A stretch of 64,000 nt of DNA, from NCBI RefSeq assembly GCF_006345805.1, contig NC_043013.1:41230001-41294000 (forward strand). Direction: 5' to 3'. A program made the translations under genes and the position numbers. Under the pieces are notes generated by a model. The model did not search any database, was not told the DNA's origin, and saw nothing but the letters and a program-made list of their open reading frames with translations. Shown piece after piece: positions 50,421 to 63,791 of this stretch (positions are counted from its first letter, which is position 1; each line of letters starts with the position of its first letter). This DNA is from Octopus sinensis. Its lineage: Eukaryota.

Positions 50421-51411
50421 AACGGCACAGGTGTAATTACTTTACTGAGATGATCGGAAGTAGAAAGGGTTGAAATTGTTTTTGGAGACAGGAGAGTGTG
50501 AAGATGGTCAGTATGTGTGCGTGTTTGCGTGAGTTGTATGTGTGTGTGATAGTATCTGTGATCTGTGTGCGCGCGTGCTTGTGTGAGTAGTATGCGTGCG
50601 TGTGTGTGCGTAGTAGTAGTAGTAGTAGTTGGTGGTGATGGTGGTGGTTCTGATGATTCTAATGAAAACTTGCTTCACAAAATACAAACTCGACATACAC
50701 AATACTTTTGTTGAGAAGAGGAAACGAAAACCATGTGAATGAGAAAAAAAAATGCAACTGCACAACAGTTTTGAGTATTTCGTTCATAACAAGAAAGAAT
50801 TCAGAGATTAAAAATGGAGAAGGAAACTGAATAACAAAATAAATAAATAAATAAATAACCGCGAGCAGCCACTTACGAATTGTATTACTAATACAATTAC
50901 TCATACTTATCAGATCACGGATACAGTTTTTTTTTTTTTTTTGAAATTTCATAAAACTTTTTCTCTACTTTATCATATCTATCTTGACAAAGAGTGAGGG
51001 CTCGAAACATTAATAATTTTCCTTTTAGTCGCGACAATTAAATTTACATTAGATTTATCTTTATTACTATTTCCTTTCGACTACTGTTTGCCGACGCAAA
51101 CTTACTATCGAATTTCTCTGAGTCAGGACTTTGCAATATTAAACTTACATACACTCACACACAATAAACCGTGCGCCCCCATAAATTCATCTATATCTGT
51201 ATAAATATACATACATATATATATATATATATATAATATATACATATATACATGCACAAGCACATATGTTTTAGCTACTTAAACGACAGAATGCGGCAAA
51301 TAACAGTAGTCATATTTAATCGACAAAAATTTACAAGTGAGAATATAAATACAATAGAAATTTTATATATACACACTTAGTGATTTCTGTTTTTGAAGTT
51401 TGTTCTACCAA

Positions 51412-51459
<48 letters not shown>

Positions 51460-51505
51460 TGAGAGTGTGTGCGTGTGTGTAAACACGTATATATACACAC
51501 ACATA

Positions 51506-51553
<48 letters not shown>

Positions 51554-51638
51554 TGAGTGTATTTTTACCTTGTTAACAATTAACACGGAAAATAAATAAA
51601 TAGTTACCACCAGGGCAGCAAACTCCATTTTTTTATTC

Positions 51639-51669
<31 letters not shown>

Positions 51670-51796
51670 CATATATACGTATATACAATATATATTTTAT
51701 ACATACCTATAATACATGCATGTATCTACGTATGTATATATGTGTATATATTCATATGCCTGTATATGTTTATTTGTATATATATGTATAGATACA

Positions 51797-51857
<61 letters not shown>

Positions 51858-52202
51858 GTGCGCGTATGTGTGTATTTACATCGCACATATATATATATAT
51901 AATGTTCTAATAACCATGTTTATTTGAACACCAGAGCACACAATCAGTTTGTTTTGTCAATCATGTATAACCGGGAACTCTTTGACTGATAATACGATCC
52001 GACGGAAACGCACCAATACGATCTCAGATTCCATAGTTATCGTTGTTCCCATACCGCTATCTTCCCAAATATTACGTGATGCACTCATTGACGTAAGACT
52101 ATTGACGTGTGCAAAAACAAATTTTGATTCACACACACACACACTACACACAAACACATATGTATATACAAATATATATATATATATTTATGTGTATTTT
52201 TA

Positions 52203-52252
<50 letters not shown>

Positions 52253-52279
52253 ATATATATACACATATATACAAACATA

Positions 52280-52430
52280 TAAGAGATGGCCATAATAGGA
52301 CATCTGACGCACTAGAAAGAGCAGTTAAACTCCAAATCACTAATAGTTGTAATCTGAATGGAAAGAGAAATAAAAACGTTTACCTATCTTTTCTGGACTA
52401 TGCATAGTTTCGGCAATCTTTTGTAAATAA
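52280..52430 (-). mobile_element. Diverged single-copy relative of the 490-bp unit, truncated within its hammerhead
   Basis: GGCCATAATAGGACAT...CACTAGAAAGAGCAG matches the unit start. Minus strand GAAA-CUAUGCAUA-GUC^CAGAAAAGAUAGGUAAACGUUUUU aligns with the unit's post-cleavage sequence. Confidence 0.65.
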
Positions 52431-52482
52431 AAATAAAATAATTTTTTTCTACCTAAAATTATTAATATATATATATATAATA

Positions 52483-52514
<32 letters not shown>

Positions 52515-52814
52515 TAATATATATAGGCAAACTAGAAGAAACCCTGAGTAACTCTGCGTCGTGAAGGCATGAAAATATATAGAAAAGAGGTTGTAGAAAG
52601 ACAAACAGGATTTTACAATCTCTCAGCTTGAAAAACTGGCTGCAACTGATAACGGACGCAAAATAAGTGTAGACATATTCTACTCCTCACGTGAAGTTTA
52701 CTGTACTCCTATCATGTTTTTCTATGTATGTATGTATGTATGTATGTATGTATGTATGTATGTATGTATGTATGTATGTATGTATGTATGTATGTATATA
52801 TATATATATGTAAA

Positions 52815-53140
52815 CGACGGGCTTCTTTCCGTTTCTGTCTACCAAATCCACTCACAAGGCTTTGGTCGGCCCGAGGCAATAGTAGAAGACACTTGCCCAA
52901 GGTGCCACGCAGTGGGACTGAACCTGGAACCATGTGACTGGAAAGCAAGCTACTTACCACACATCCACTCCTACGCCTATATATATATATATGTGTGTGC
53001 AACGAGCTTCTTTTAGTTTCCGTGTACAAGGGTTTGGTCGGCGCAAGGCTATAGTGCAACACACTTGCCCAAGGTGTCACACAACGGGATTGGACCCGGA
53101 ACCATGTGGTTAGGATGCAAGCTTCTTACCGCACAGGCAT
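52815..53140 (-). mobile_element. Two tandem 5' halves of SINE family A (52815-52977; ~53002-53140)
   Basis: Reverse-complement family A head sequences. Confidence 0.8.
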
Positions 53141-53199
53141 GCATATATATATTATGTGTGTGTGTGTATGTATATATATATATATATGTATGTGTATAT

Positions 53200-55100
53200 A
53201 TAGTAGTAGTAACAGAAAAGAGGAATTTCGATTATCCCCACGTGGTGAGTTGTAATGTATATAAGAAATTAAAAAAGGAAAATACGCACACTTACATAGT
53301 TTTAATATAATTTTTAATATATCGACCGGTTTCGCTATCGCTATTCATGATATGTTTTACTTGCTTGAATATGTATTTTTTCTTTAAGAAAGAAATTTTG
53401 TCCATGTTGTGTGTGAAATGACTTCACAAGTAGATAAATTAAGGGAGATAATTGGTTATCGTTATTATTGTTATTGTTGTGGGTAAGGGAGATAACTGTT
53501 CAGCTTTCGGTAATGGGAGGAGAATATATATGTGTACAGACAAAGTTTCGAAAACCTTGTTTAGTGAGGGGATTTATGTACAGTGATGTAATCGTGAATT
53601 GAAATATGTAAAAAGATAAAAGTTGGTCGTGCGTGTTCTGTATTTTTCAATGAAGAAAGTTTCTTTATTTAAACGTTCTAGTGGAGAAATTGTGTCTATG
53701 CATTGGTAGAAGGGGAAGACTGTGGAATTTGGTTTGATGTTATCTGCACATTTTTCTATATGTTTACTGAGAGGAATTTGCCTGCATTGCGGGAAACGGA
53801 TTTGCTCTTTATGTAGAGTGGTTCTCTTTCTCAATGTCATATTCGTTTGTCTAATATAGTTGTGTCCGCAACCCGAACAGATTATTACATAAATTAGGTT
53901 CTCAGAGGCACAAGTGAAACTAGTTTTAATTGTGAACCTCTGTCCTTGTTTGAAAAGGAAATCCGAGCCTTCAAGCAGGTTGGGACAGGTTCCACAGTTT
54001 GGGTGTCCACATTTTTCAACCGTTGGTTTCGCGGTTGTTTTGTAAAGCTTCGCATTTGTTAGTAGTCACTTTAGCGATTTTTCTTGTTTTTTTGTATTTG
54101 ATGAGTTTGTGTGTTTTCAGGATGTCGTTCATTTTTGGATCTCTAGTTAGTAATGGAAGCTTGCACAGTAGTGTTGAATGCTTCACTGTTTCTGGGGTTC
54201 TGTGTTGATATAAATAGTAATGTTTTGAGTTGAGGTGTGGTGTTATGTTTTGTTGTTCTTAGTGTTTTTGTGTCTAATTGTTTGGCACATTTAATTCCCT
54301 CGTCGATAAATGAAGGTGGATATTCAATAAGCGTTGTTTTGAGGTCTTGAAGACGAAGGTCCCGAGATGTTCTATCAGACACTATTACGCAAATCCTTTT
54401 TGCTAAATTGAAAGAGATGTTTATTTTGATGTGCTTCGGCTGGCATGAGTTAAAGAGAAGATATTGTTTTGAATCAGTTGGTCTATAATAAATGTCAGTT
54501 ATGATTTCATTGTTAACTTCTTTTTATAATGATGTCTAAAAATGGGAGTTGTTCTTTGTTATATTCCATTGTGAATTGAATGTTACTATTTATATCACTT
54601 AGTGTTGATTTGAAGTCCAAAAGTTTGTCGATGTTCTCCTTCCAAATGATAAAGCAGTCATCTAGGTATCTCTTCCAATTTTCTCTTATGTAGAGGTAAA
54701 ATGGGTAACCATATTTCTGAAGTGATACTTCATATAAGGTGAATTCAAAATAACCCATTATTACGTTTGCAAGAACAGGAGCTGCTTTTGTTCCCATCGC
54801 AATTCCATATTCCACATCATATAGGAAATAATTGTTCTGAAGTATAAATTTTAAGGATTCAATAATAAAGATCTGGTTTTTGCGTTCCGAGAGGACTTCG
54901 GGGTACTTTTCCAACCAGAATTTAATTGCTTTTATTCCATAGTCATGGGGGATGTTGGCATAAAGATTGATAACATCGAGGGTAATCAATATTGCCTCTT
55001 CATTGATTGTTTTTGGTAGGTGTTCTAACATGTCTAAATCATCACTAATGAAACTTTTGATGTATTTCAGCAAGAGTTTCAGTAGGGTGTCTAGAAATCT
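53200..55100 (-). mobile_element. 5'-truncated Penelope-like element (RT + GIY-YIG endonuclease), pseudogenised
   Basis: RT: LDVINLYANIPHDYG, YGIAMGTKAAP, WKRYLDDCF, LPFLDI, TDIYYRPTDSKQYL. EN: ENLIYVIICSGCGHNYIRQT...LRKRTTLH. Decayed HHR at 53319-53353 in the 3' region. Both ends at TA tracts. Confidence 0.92.
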
Positions 55101-55642
55101 ATATATATATAATATATAGATATATATATATATATATATATATATCTGTGTGTGTGTGTGTTGTGTGTTTGTGTGTGTGTGTGTATACAGAGCGATATAC
55201 AGACAAACAGCCGATAGAGGGAGAGAGAGAGGGAGAGGGAGCGAAAGAGAAAAGAGAAAGAAGGATGGAGAGAGAGAGAGAGAGAAAGAGAAAGAAAGAA
55301 GGAGGGAAGGAGGGAGAGACAACGAGAAAGAGAGATATAAACACATGTATATACGTAGATGTATCGAGCAACATCCGTTTCGAAATGAGTTCAAGGATAG
55401 CAATCTATCAAAAATAGATTGTAACCCCAATTTTATCTTCCTCGTAAATAATATCATTCGGTCCTATTTATTAATTGGGATTTATGTTGTTTTGGGTGTG
55501 TGTCATCTTTGTGTATGCATAACTAGCAACTCTCAATAACGAAGCAACCACATCAATTACTGTTTTGCTGATGAGGTCTTATCAAACAAAAACATGTTAA
55601 GAGTTGTCGCCCAGTCTTTCTAACAAAGAAATGTTTATGCAT

Positions 55643-56055
55643 GAGTGGCTGTGTGGTAAGTAGCTTGCTTACCAGCCACATGGTTCCAGGTTCAGTCCCA
55701 CTGCGTGGTACCTTGGGCAAGTGTCTTCTACTATAGCTTCGAGCCGACCGAAGCCTTGTGAGTGGATTTGGTTGACGGAAACTGAAAGAAGCCCGTCGTA
55801 TATATATATATACGACGGGCTTCTTTCATATGTGTGCGTATATGTTTGTGTGTCTGTGTTTGTCCCCCCAACATCGCTTGACAACCGATGCTAGTGTGTT
55901 TACGTCTCCTTAACTTAGCGGTTCGGCAAAAGCGAATCGATAGAATAAGTACAAAGCTTCCAGAGAATAAGTCCTGGGGTCTATTTGCTCGACTAAAGGC
56001 GGTGCTCCAGCATGGCCGCAGTCAAACGACTGAAACAAGTAAAAGAGTAAAAGAG
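55643..56055 (+). mobile_element. SINE family A with an internal 46-bp palindrome
   Basis: Family A pattern; see finding for 55783-55828. Confidence 0.85.
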
Positions 56056-56668
56056 ATACATGCATACATACATTATGTACTTTTAGTTGTAAGTAACTGG
56101 GATGCTGTGGCATTAATGCATTTCAAAATGCGTCTTGTTTCTTTGTTATGTTCCACTCGTTCGTGCAATTGTTAAGCATAAAATTATACGATACTGCTGT
56201 TTCTTTATCGTTTCATTTATGACGCCATTTTCTTTTATAATGCCATTTATGAACAAAGCATCGTCGATTACAGTTCTCGGACGTGCCAACCACTGTTCGC
56301 TGTATCCATGGCAACGAGTATGACAAGGGAGTATCTATCTATAACTCAATGAAGAAAAAAATAATTCAAAGTGTTTCGGGTTTGTATCCAACCCCTACGT
56401 CGTCGATGAAAGACATATACACATACACGCATATATGTCTATATGAACGCCTTCACCCCGGCTTTCGCGAATCAAATTCCGAAAACAATGCATTGGTCAG
56501 TCTGGAGCAAAAATTGAAAAAGTTGCTGCGCTATGGAACTGAACCCAAAGCCGAGGAAGCGTGTCGTATACATACATACCTACATACATACATACATACA
56601 TGCATGCATGCATACATACATGCATGCATGAATACATACATTCATACATACATACATACATACATACA

Positions 56669-56702
<34 letters not shown>

Positions 56703-56837
56703 CATACATACAATACATACATACATACATACATACATACATACATACAATACATACATACATAGATACATACATACAAACAAACAAACAAAAATACGCT
56801 GTTGTTGATGTTGAAATTTGTTGTTTGTTCTTTCTCG

Positions 56838-57115
56838 AGTCATGCCTGGGTCATAAGGGCCGGTCTCCCGGTTTCTTGGCGTATAGGTTCTCCACCTGGA
56901 CGGGACGCCGGTCCGTCGCAGGTGAGCTGCAAGATGCAGGAGGAAAGAGTGAGAGAAAGTTGTGGCGAAAGAGTCAGCAGAAGTTCGCCATTACCTTCTG
57001 CCGGAGCCGTGTGAAGCTTAGGTGTTTTAGCTCATAAAACACACACATCTGCGATTCGAACCCGCGATCCCTCGACCGCGAGTCGGCTGCTCTAACCACT
57101 AGGCCATGTGCCTCC
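56838..57115 (-). mobile_element. tRNA-derived SINE (family D)
   Basis: Reverse complement of head GGAGGCACATGGCCTAGTGGTTAGAGC and B box GGGTTCGAATC. Confidence 0.8.
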
Positions 57116-60100
57116 ATAATGTTGAAATTCCTATGAAGGAGGCTTGAACCTAGGTTAGAAACCGGGTCTTTCTCTACTGGCAATAAATCTTGAAATAAAA
57201 CTGAACAATAACATACATGAATACATACATACATACATATATACATACATACATACATACATATAAATATACATGTTATTTAATATACGTATATATATAG
57301 AGTGAGAAGTTCATCAAGTATTGATCTTTTATTGATACATTCCCAAGATGTTGATAAGAGATTATTTGTCAATTAATCAAAAATATATTAAATTGTAATT
57401 TATTGCGAGTTCAAAAAACAGAGTGATAAAAAATAAATAATGGGAGAGACGAAATAATGTATTGTGTTAACGAGCGAATAATGTAGCCTTTATGTGGTTG
57501 CTTGGCATGCTAGAAATAGCAATGAAGTCTCCTTGAAATCATACCCATTCAACAAGGACGGTAAGATGGATATAATCAATGACGGGGTTCAGTTCTCTTG
57601 TGAAGAACTGCAATGGTTATGGCTGGAATGCTTTGGGGCATGGGTCTCCTCTGGAGACATGACCTAGGGTTAAGCAACAACAGCAACAAATATTACTTGC
57701 TTTTCAAATCCCCACAGGGAAACAATTAAAAATTTTGTGGGATTTGGACCCAGTTCGTGAAAAGATGAAATTAAATTCAATACGTTACGCTGTTGACATC
57801 GTTGTTGCTGATGCTGTCGCACAGAACGAACAGCAATATGATTAAAACCGTTATTATCTTCGCCATTCTACCCTTTTTTATTTAATGGACTACAATATCC
57901 ATGATATATAGCGTATCCTTTATATTATAAACAATATGATCTGATGGAGATTTGGCTACTATTTTTAATCGATTGAACAAAGACCAGTGATATACTGTTA
58001 GATTTTTCTTCCTTCTTACACTTGGAGAAATTATTCTTGAGTTAGTAAACTAAATCACTTTGTGAACCAAAGCGATTCTTCGGAGAGGAACTTCAAAACT
58101 TTCTTAAACGTTACGTGTTCTTTCCTTTTTCTCTACTACTGCTGTTTCCAACGCGAATGCCACAAAGAAGACGATTATCTGTATGAAATTGCAGGCAAAT
58201 CTTCTTTAGATGCTGTCACCCTTACCTCAAAGATAGCTCAATATACTGATAAAGTAATACTGAATATAATATGCTACGAATAACGATGGTAATGGTTTCA
58301 AAATCGGTCGAATGTTGATTTTTTGACACAGAAATAAGTCTCTCAAATCGAGCAAATGTCGTTAGAGAACGACTACATCCATGAATCTCCACGAAACAGA
58401 CTCTAAAACAACTGTAGTGGTAATTGTTTTGCGAAGTCTACAAAATTCACCCTTTAGTACGACAAAACAACAAATTTCCTGAAAAGTTGTACTGTCAACG
58501 ACAGAAGCAGTTGCGATAAAGACAAGATTTGCCATCGTTATTTCCATTCCTAAAATCTCAGGTCCACATACTGTTCATTTAAAAATGCGCATCATCAGAA
58601 AACTGGCATATACAATTTTATAATTCTACCATTATAATATTAAGGGCATCATAAACACTTTTATAGAACTAAAAGATTTATCATCAGACGCGATATTGGA
58701 GTTGCAATAGCTTAAGAAATTCTCACTGAACAATGAATATTCTAAATGCTCATAGGCCAGACTAGGCAGACCCTTTCATAACACATGAAACGAAAGACGC
58801 ATATGAGATATTGAGATCAAAATGACATTTGTAAACTTACAGAAAAAAGACGGTATACTAAAGATTAAGGTTTTACAAAAATATAATCGGCTGTCACTCA
58901 GTAGCGGATATGATGTGATTACATGTATCATGCTTTCATTAATGTTCTTTACGTGCTTATGTAATTGCGAGAAAATATGATAATCCTTTGGCCCGCTTAC
59001 TCATGACTTAACACAGTAGTATGCGACAGATGGATATAGAAAGAGCTGAATCTGAACTCGGTCAGTATTGATTTACAGCTGAAGAGTCGTGAAATGAAGT
59101 ATCTTGCTCGAAGATACATGTCGCCTGATCACATTAATATCATAAACAGATAGGCACCGCCACCATCGCGACAAGTTTCCCTATCAAATTGCACAAGTGC
59201 ACTCCACTTTGAATGCGGGAAGTGGATATTATCCGATCGAAATGTTATTACCATTAACTACAGGAAGCAGTTTTACCCCAGGGTTTTGAAAAAAAAAACA
59301 ACCCTTTTCTTAAGCGGCAAGAAGTGGCGACTCTTTCAGGGACACATTTTATGAAAGACAATTTTTTGGATTTTCTAAGTTTTTTCACATATTTCATTAT
59401 ACAACACTTCACGGAGCAAAAACCAAATATTTTAGTGGAGATTATATGAAAACCGTTTCTACAAGAGATACTAAAGAAGCATTGCAGAAGCAAAATATAT
59501 TCTGTTTTATTTTTCGTTGGATAATTAACGTTATTACAGGAATGACCCTGAAATTTAATTACGCAGTCAAAAGTGTAATACCCGCAGAAACACTATAAAT
59601 GTAAGAGATTTCAACACGTTCAACAACTCTTGCCTTTTAACCTGTTCAGCTAACAGTGCATAATAGCAGTCCAACTAAACTCCCCTTATAACAAAAACAA
59701 TCCATACCGACACGCATACCGTATCAAGCCAACTACAGCATCTCTTCTCCGGGCATTATATTTTGCGTCGCACAGCTAGCTACCGTAACAACTTGGCAAA
59801 ACAACCACCATATTTTCCAAAGGACCACCTACCAATTATCATTACAACGCATTCACAAATCAATGTAAAAAAAAAAAAACAACAAAAAAACAAACAAACA
59901 AAAAATCACTTTCAGAAACTTCAAAATAAATAATTGAATAAATAAATAAATAAATAAATAAAATAACTAAATAGAGAAATAAATAAAAATTAAGAAGCCC
60001 GAAGGAATGAGTTTCATCAACAAAGCGAATCAAGATTTTCAGAATTCAGAATTACCAGTCACTAATATAGACATACATACATACATATATGTATATATAT

Positions 60101-60118
60101 ATGTGTGTGTATACATAT

Positions 60119-60168
<50 letters not shown>

Positions 60169-60326
60169 TATATATATATATGTGTGTGTGTGTGTGGTGT
60201 GTGTGTGTGTGTGCGCGTGTACATATACATATGTATATATATATAGGCATACATATGTATCTGTCGTTTACTCTGATTTCGTCTAACTTTTCTCCTTGTT
60301 GTATTCTTTTTTCAACCCTTGATACA

Positions 60327-60373
<47 letters not shown>

Positions 60374-60759
60374 TATATATATACATAAACGTATATATAA
60401 ATATAATATATATATATACATGTATATATATGTGTGTATACATATATACATACATACATATATATATATAATACATACATACATGCGTGTATATATTTAT
60501 ATATATATATATATATATACCCAGTCAACAAAATAATTATAGACGCATCCGAAAACAAACAAAGCAAAACAAAACAAAACAAAACAAAAACAAAACAAAA
60601 CAAACAGATAAATCTTGCGAGGCAACAACGCAAAATATACAATCTCAATTACAAACCAGAAATAGCCGGTGTTATAAAAACCAGAGACAATCTCGTAGCA
60701 AAGAAACCATATAAAACAACCGAAATAAAAGTGAACATCAAACAAGTAAACAAGGAAAA

Positions 60760-60785
60760 CAACCGAATATATAATAAACAGCAAC

Positions 60786-60819
<34 letters not shown>

Positions 60820-60915
60820 ACATGAAAATGAACAAAGAAACAAAGAGAATACTAGGAAACATTTGTATTCAATATAAAACCACAAAACAAATAACAGAAT
60901 ATAATGCAGAGTAAA

Positions 60916-60963
<48 letters not shown>

Positions 60964-61073
60964 AGTCGTTGTCTTCGTGCGTCGTCGTCGTCGTCGTCAT
61001 CATCATCATTATCATTATCTTCAACTTCATCATCGTTATCATCATTGCCATCATCACCTTAGTGTTGATGACA

Positions 61074-61108
<35 letters not shown>

Positions 61109-61298
61109 GAGAAGGAGGAGGAGAAGTAGGAAAGAGGAAGGAGGAGTAGGAGGAAATGGAGGAGGAAGGAAGGGGAGGAGCAGTAGGAGCAGCATCACTG
61201 TCGCCATCGTTATTGCCACTGTTACCACCACCATCACCACCACTAACTCCAACACCATCACCACCACTATCATCATCATCATCATCATCACCACCACT

Positions 61299-61334
<36 letters not shown>

Positions 61335-62110
61335 GTCGTCGTCGTCATCATCATCATCGTCGTCATCGTCGTCGTCCTCGTCCTCGTCGTCCTCGTCGTC
61401 ATCGTCGTCGTCGTCATCAGCATCATCATCACCGTCATTGCCATCGTTAACAAGAACAATAACAACAACATCAAGAACACCAACAACCACGGCAACAGCG
61501 ACAAGAACAACGGTGCCACCAATTCTCATGTCACTCTAACCACTTTAAAGAATATACCCAGACTGCAACTTCAAAGAAATACCCCTATCAGAGATTTCTA
61601 GAAAAAAGAACCATCAACACATATGCACACACACATACATACAAACACACATACACACACACACACACACTCACACATATACACACACCCACATACACAC
61701 ACACAAACACATACACACACACGAACACACACATACATACACACACAAACACACACTCACACACAGAGACACAAACAAACACCACACGCACTCTCTCTCT
61801 CTCTCACACGCACCCTCTCTATCTCTCACACACTCTCTCTCTCACACACACACACACTCTCTCTCTCTCTCTCACACACGCTCTCTCGCACACACACACA
61901 CTCTCTCACTCTCTTTCTCTCTCTTTCTCTCTCACACACACACACTCTCTCTCACTCTCTCTCTCACACACACGCTCTCTCTCGCACACACACACACTCT
62001 CTCTCTCACACACACACTCTCTCTCTCACACATATACTCTCTCTCTCTGTCTCTCACACACACTATCTCTCACACACACACACTCTCTCTCTTACACACA
62101 CATACACACA
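60760..62110. repeat. Mixed (CAA)/(CAT)/(GAT)/(CGT) trinucleotide and (CA)/(CT) microsatellite block
   Basis: Directly visible simple repeats; explains the poly-I/M/D/S/H ORFs. Confidence 0.95.
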
Positions 62111-62183
62111 GAGATTCAAATACACAAGGCAAACTGAAACTTAAAACTAAACAATAAATAAAATATGTACCTTGCATTTAGAC

Positions 62184-62959
62184 CAGTGGTTATTGACCCT
62201 TTTTTTTTTGTAACCCGCTTCCTTTCAGTAGTTGTGATGCCTAGTGCCCAGTGGCGAGTGAGGTGTCACCACTAAACTGACTTTTAACATGGAAGATAAT
62301 TTATAAATTTTACTCTAAAAATGGATTGGTTAACCCTTTGGTATTCAGATTATTTGATCAAATCTAATGCTTATTCATTCACATTGCTTTGAATTAATCA
62401 TACATTATCTCATGCCTTTGAGATTTCAATGATGTGATTGTTTATCTTTAGAATGACATTGTAAGGTAGGCATGAAATGTTGGATCTGGCCACTTTGAAC
62501 ATAAGAGAGGCGAATATTTTGGCCGGATCTGTTCGGGTGAATGCTAACGGGTTAAGCTTTCATCAGGAAATTGATAAAAAAAAATTAAGAAGAAAAAAAT
62601 ATAAATTTACTTTGGTGATATATCATTTTCTTTTTAATAATCATTACTAGTTTTATTATGCATATTAACGATGATTTCAAATTCCGCCGAGTTCGACTTT
62701 ACCTTTCATCCTTTCGGGGTCGATAAATTAAATATCAGTTGCGTACTGGGGTCGATCTAATCGACTGACACCCTCCCCGCGAATTTCAGGCCTTTCTATT
62801 ATAGGCATACTATAATAGAAAGGATTAAAAATAACATGATTACTACTTTAGGCAAAATTTATTATGTTATGTTACTTCACTGACCCTTAAAGCCTGGCGT
62901 CCCCTTCAAAGTGCCCAGCGCCCCTTTGGGGGCGGTATCGCCCACGTTGAGAACCTCTG
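62184..62959. mobile_element. Non-autonomous hAT-like element with nested inserts
   Basis: Imperfect TIRs CAGTGGTTATTGACC / CGTTGAGAACCTCTG; 8-bp TSD ATTTAGAC (62176-62183) versus ATTTACAC (62960-62967). Confidence 0.7.
62334..62551. mobile_element. piggyBac-like MITE nested in the hAT relic
   Basis: TTAA|CCCTTTGGTATTC ... GAATGCTAACGGG|TTAA. Confidence 0.65.
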
Positions 62960-63342
62960 ATTTACACGATGATTTTGACCTTTTCTCGTCATAGCACTGA
63001 CAAGGATATAGAAAAATTTAAAAACTGAAATGTCTCAGGGCCGGATATAATAGTCAATATATACTCCTAATGCTTAAAGCCTAAAACCTAAAAGAATCAC
63101 GAGCATGCTGTTCACTTGATTAGCTGAATTAGAAAGCCTCGTCGTCGTAATCGACGGAGTGCCAGTTAAAAACATCCTTCAAAGTACTACCTTATCCACT
63201 GCACTCATACACAAAATATAATAATCAACATTAGCCCCCATCAGTTAGTCCCCATTTACAACCACCATCACACTACCAGCAAACTAGCATAAGCATAAAT
63301 CAGCCACCATATAATCACTCTATAAACCACGATTAACCATCA

Positions 63343-63791
63343 TCTTACTATAATGAGTATTATGTCCATCTGTCCGTCTGTTTCCTCTTCACGGTCAAAC
63401 GGCTGGACCAATGGTCACGATGTTTTTCGGGATCACGAAAGAGGTAATCAGGAAGGTTTTTAGCGAAAAAAAATGTGAAAAAGTATGATTTAGTGGATAT
63501 TGAGTTTTCTATTAATAAATCGACTTTGATGCTTTTTGTTAAAATTCCGGCGATGAAGATTAACTCTGGATTCTCCACCCCATAGTGTTCGTGAATTTAG
63601 AGGGGTTAGATTTGCGATACTATCCCATTATTTCCTATCGTAGATGGGCGGATTCTTAAAGATTCCGCTCACACATTCACAGCAAACAAGGCACAGGATC
63701 AGACTTTAGATCATATAGGTGTATTTTTACTTACTCTGATGGTTACACACGGCCAGTTAGGCATCGCTACGAGGAGAGCAACGAGCTCCAG
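63343..63791 (+). mobile_element. Possible decayed Helitron-like MITE
   Basis: A|TCTTACTATAAT start, GTCCGTCTGTTTCC...AAACGGCTGGACCAAT segment, possible GAGCAACGAGCTCCAG|T end. Confidence 0.35.

Noticed and set aside
54513-55457. 314-aa ORF as an intact gene
   Set aside because: The N-terminal ~115 aa come from microsatellite and unrelated sequence; only the part below ~55100 is Penelope RT, and it ends at a stop.
4219-57115. tRNA genes at SINE heads
   Set aside because: A/B boxes are followed by SINE bodies and do not form full cloverleaves; called SINEs, not tRNAs.
60869-62144. Long low-complexity ORFs (173-217 aa)
   Set aside because: Trinucleotide and dinucleotide repeats open on both strands; not protein-like.
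460-63578. Hundreds of ORFs rich in YI/CV/HT/MYV repeats
   Set aside because: They are translations of (TA)n, (TG)n, (CA)n and (TACA)n microsatellites, which lack stop codons by composition.
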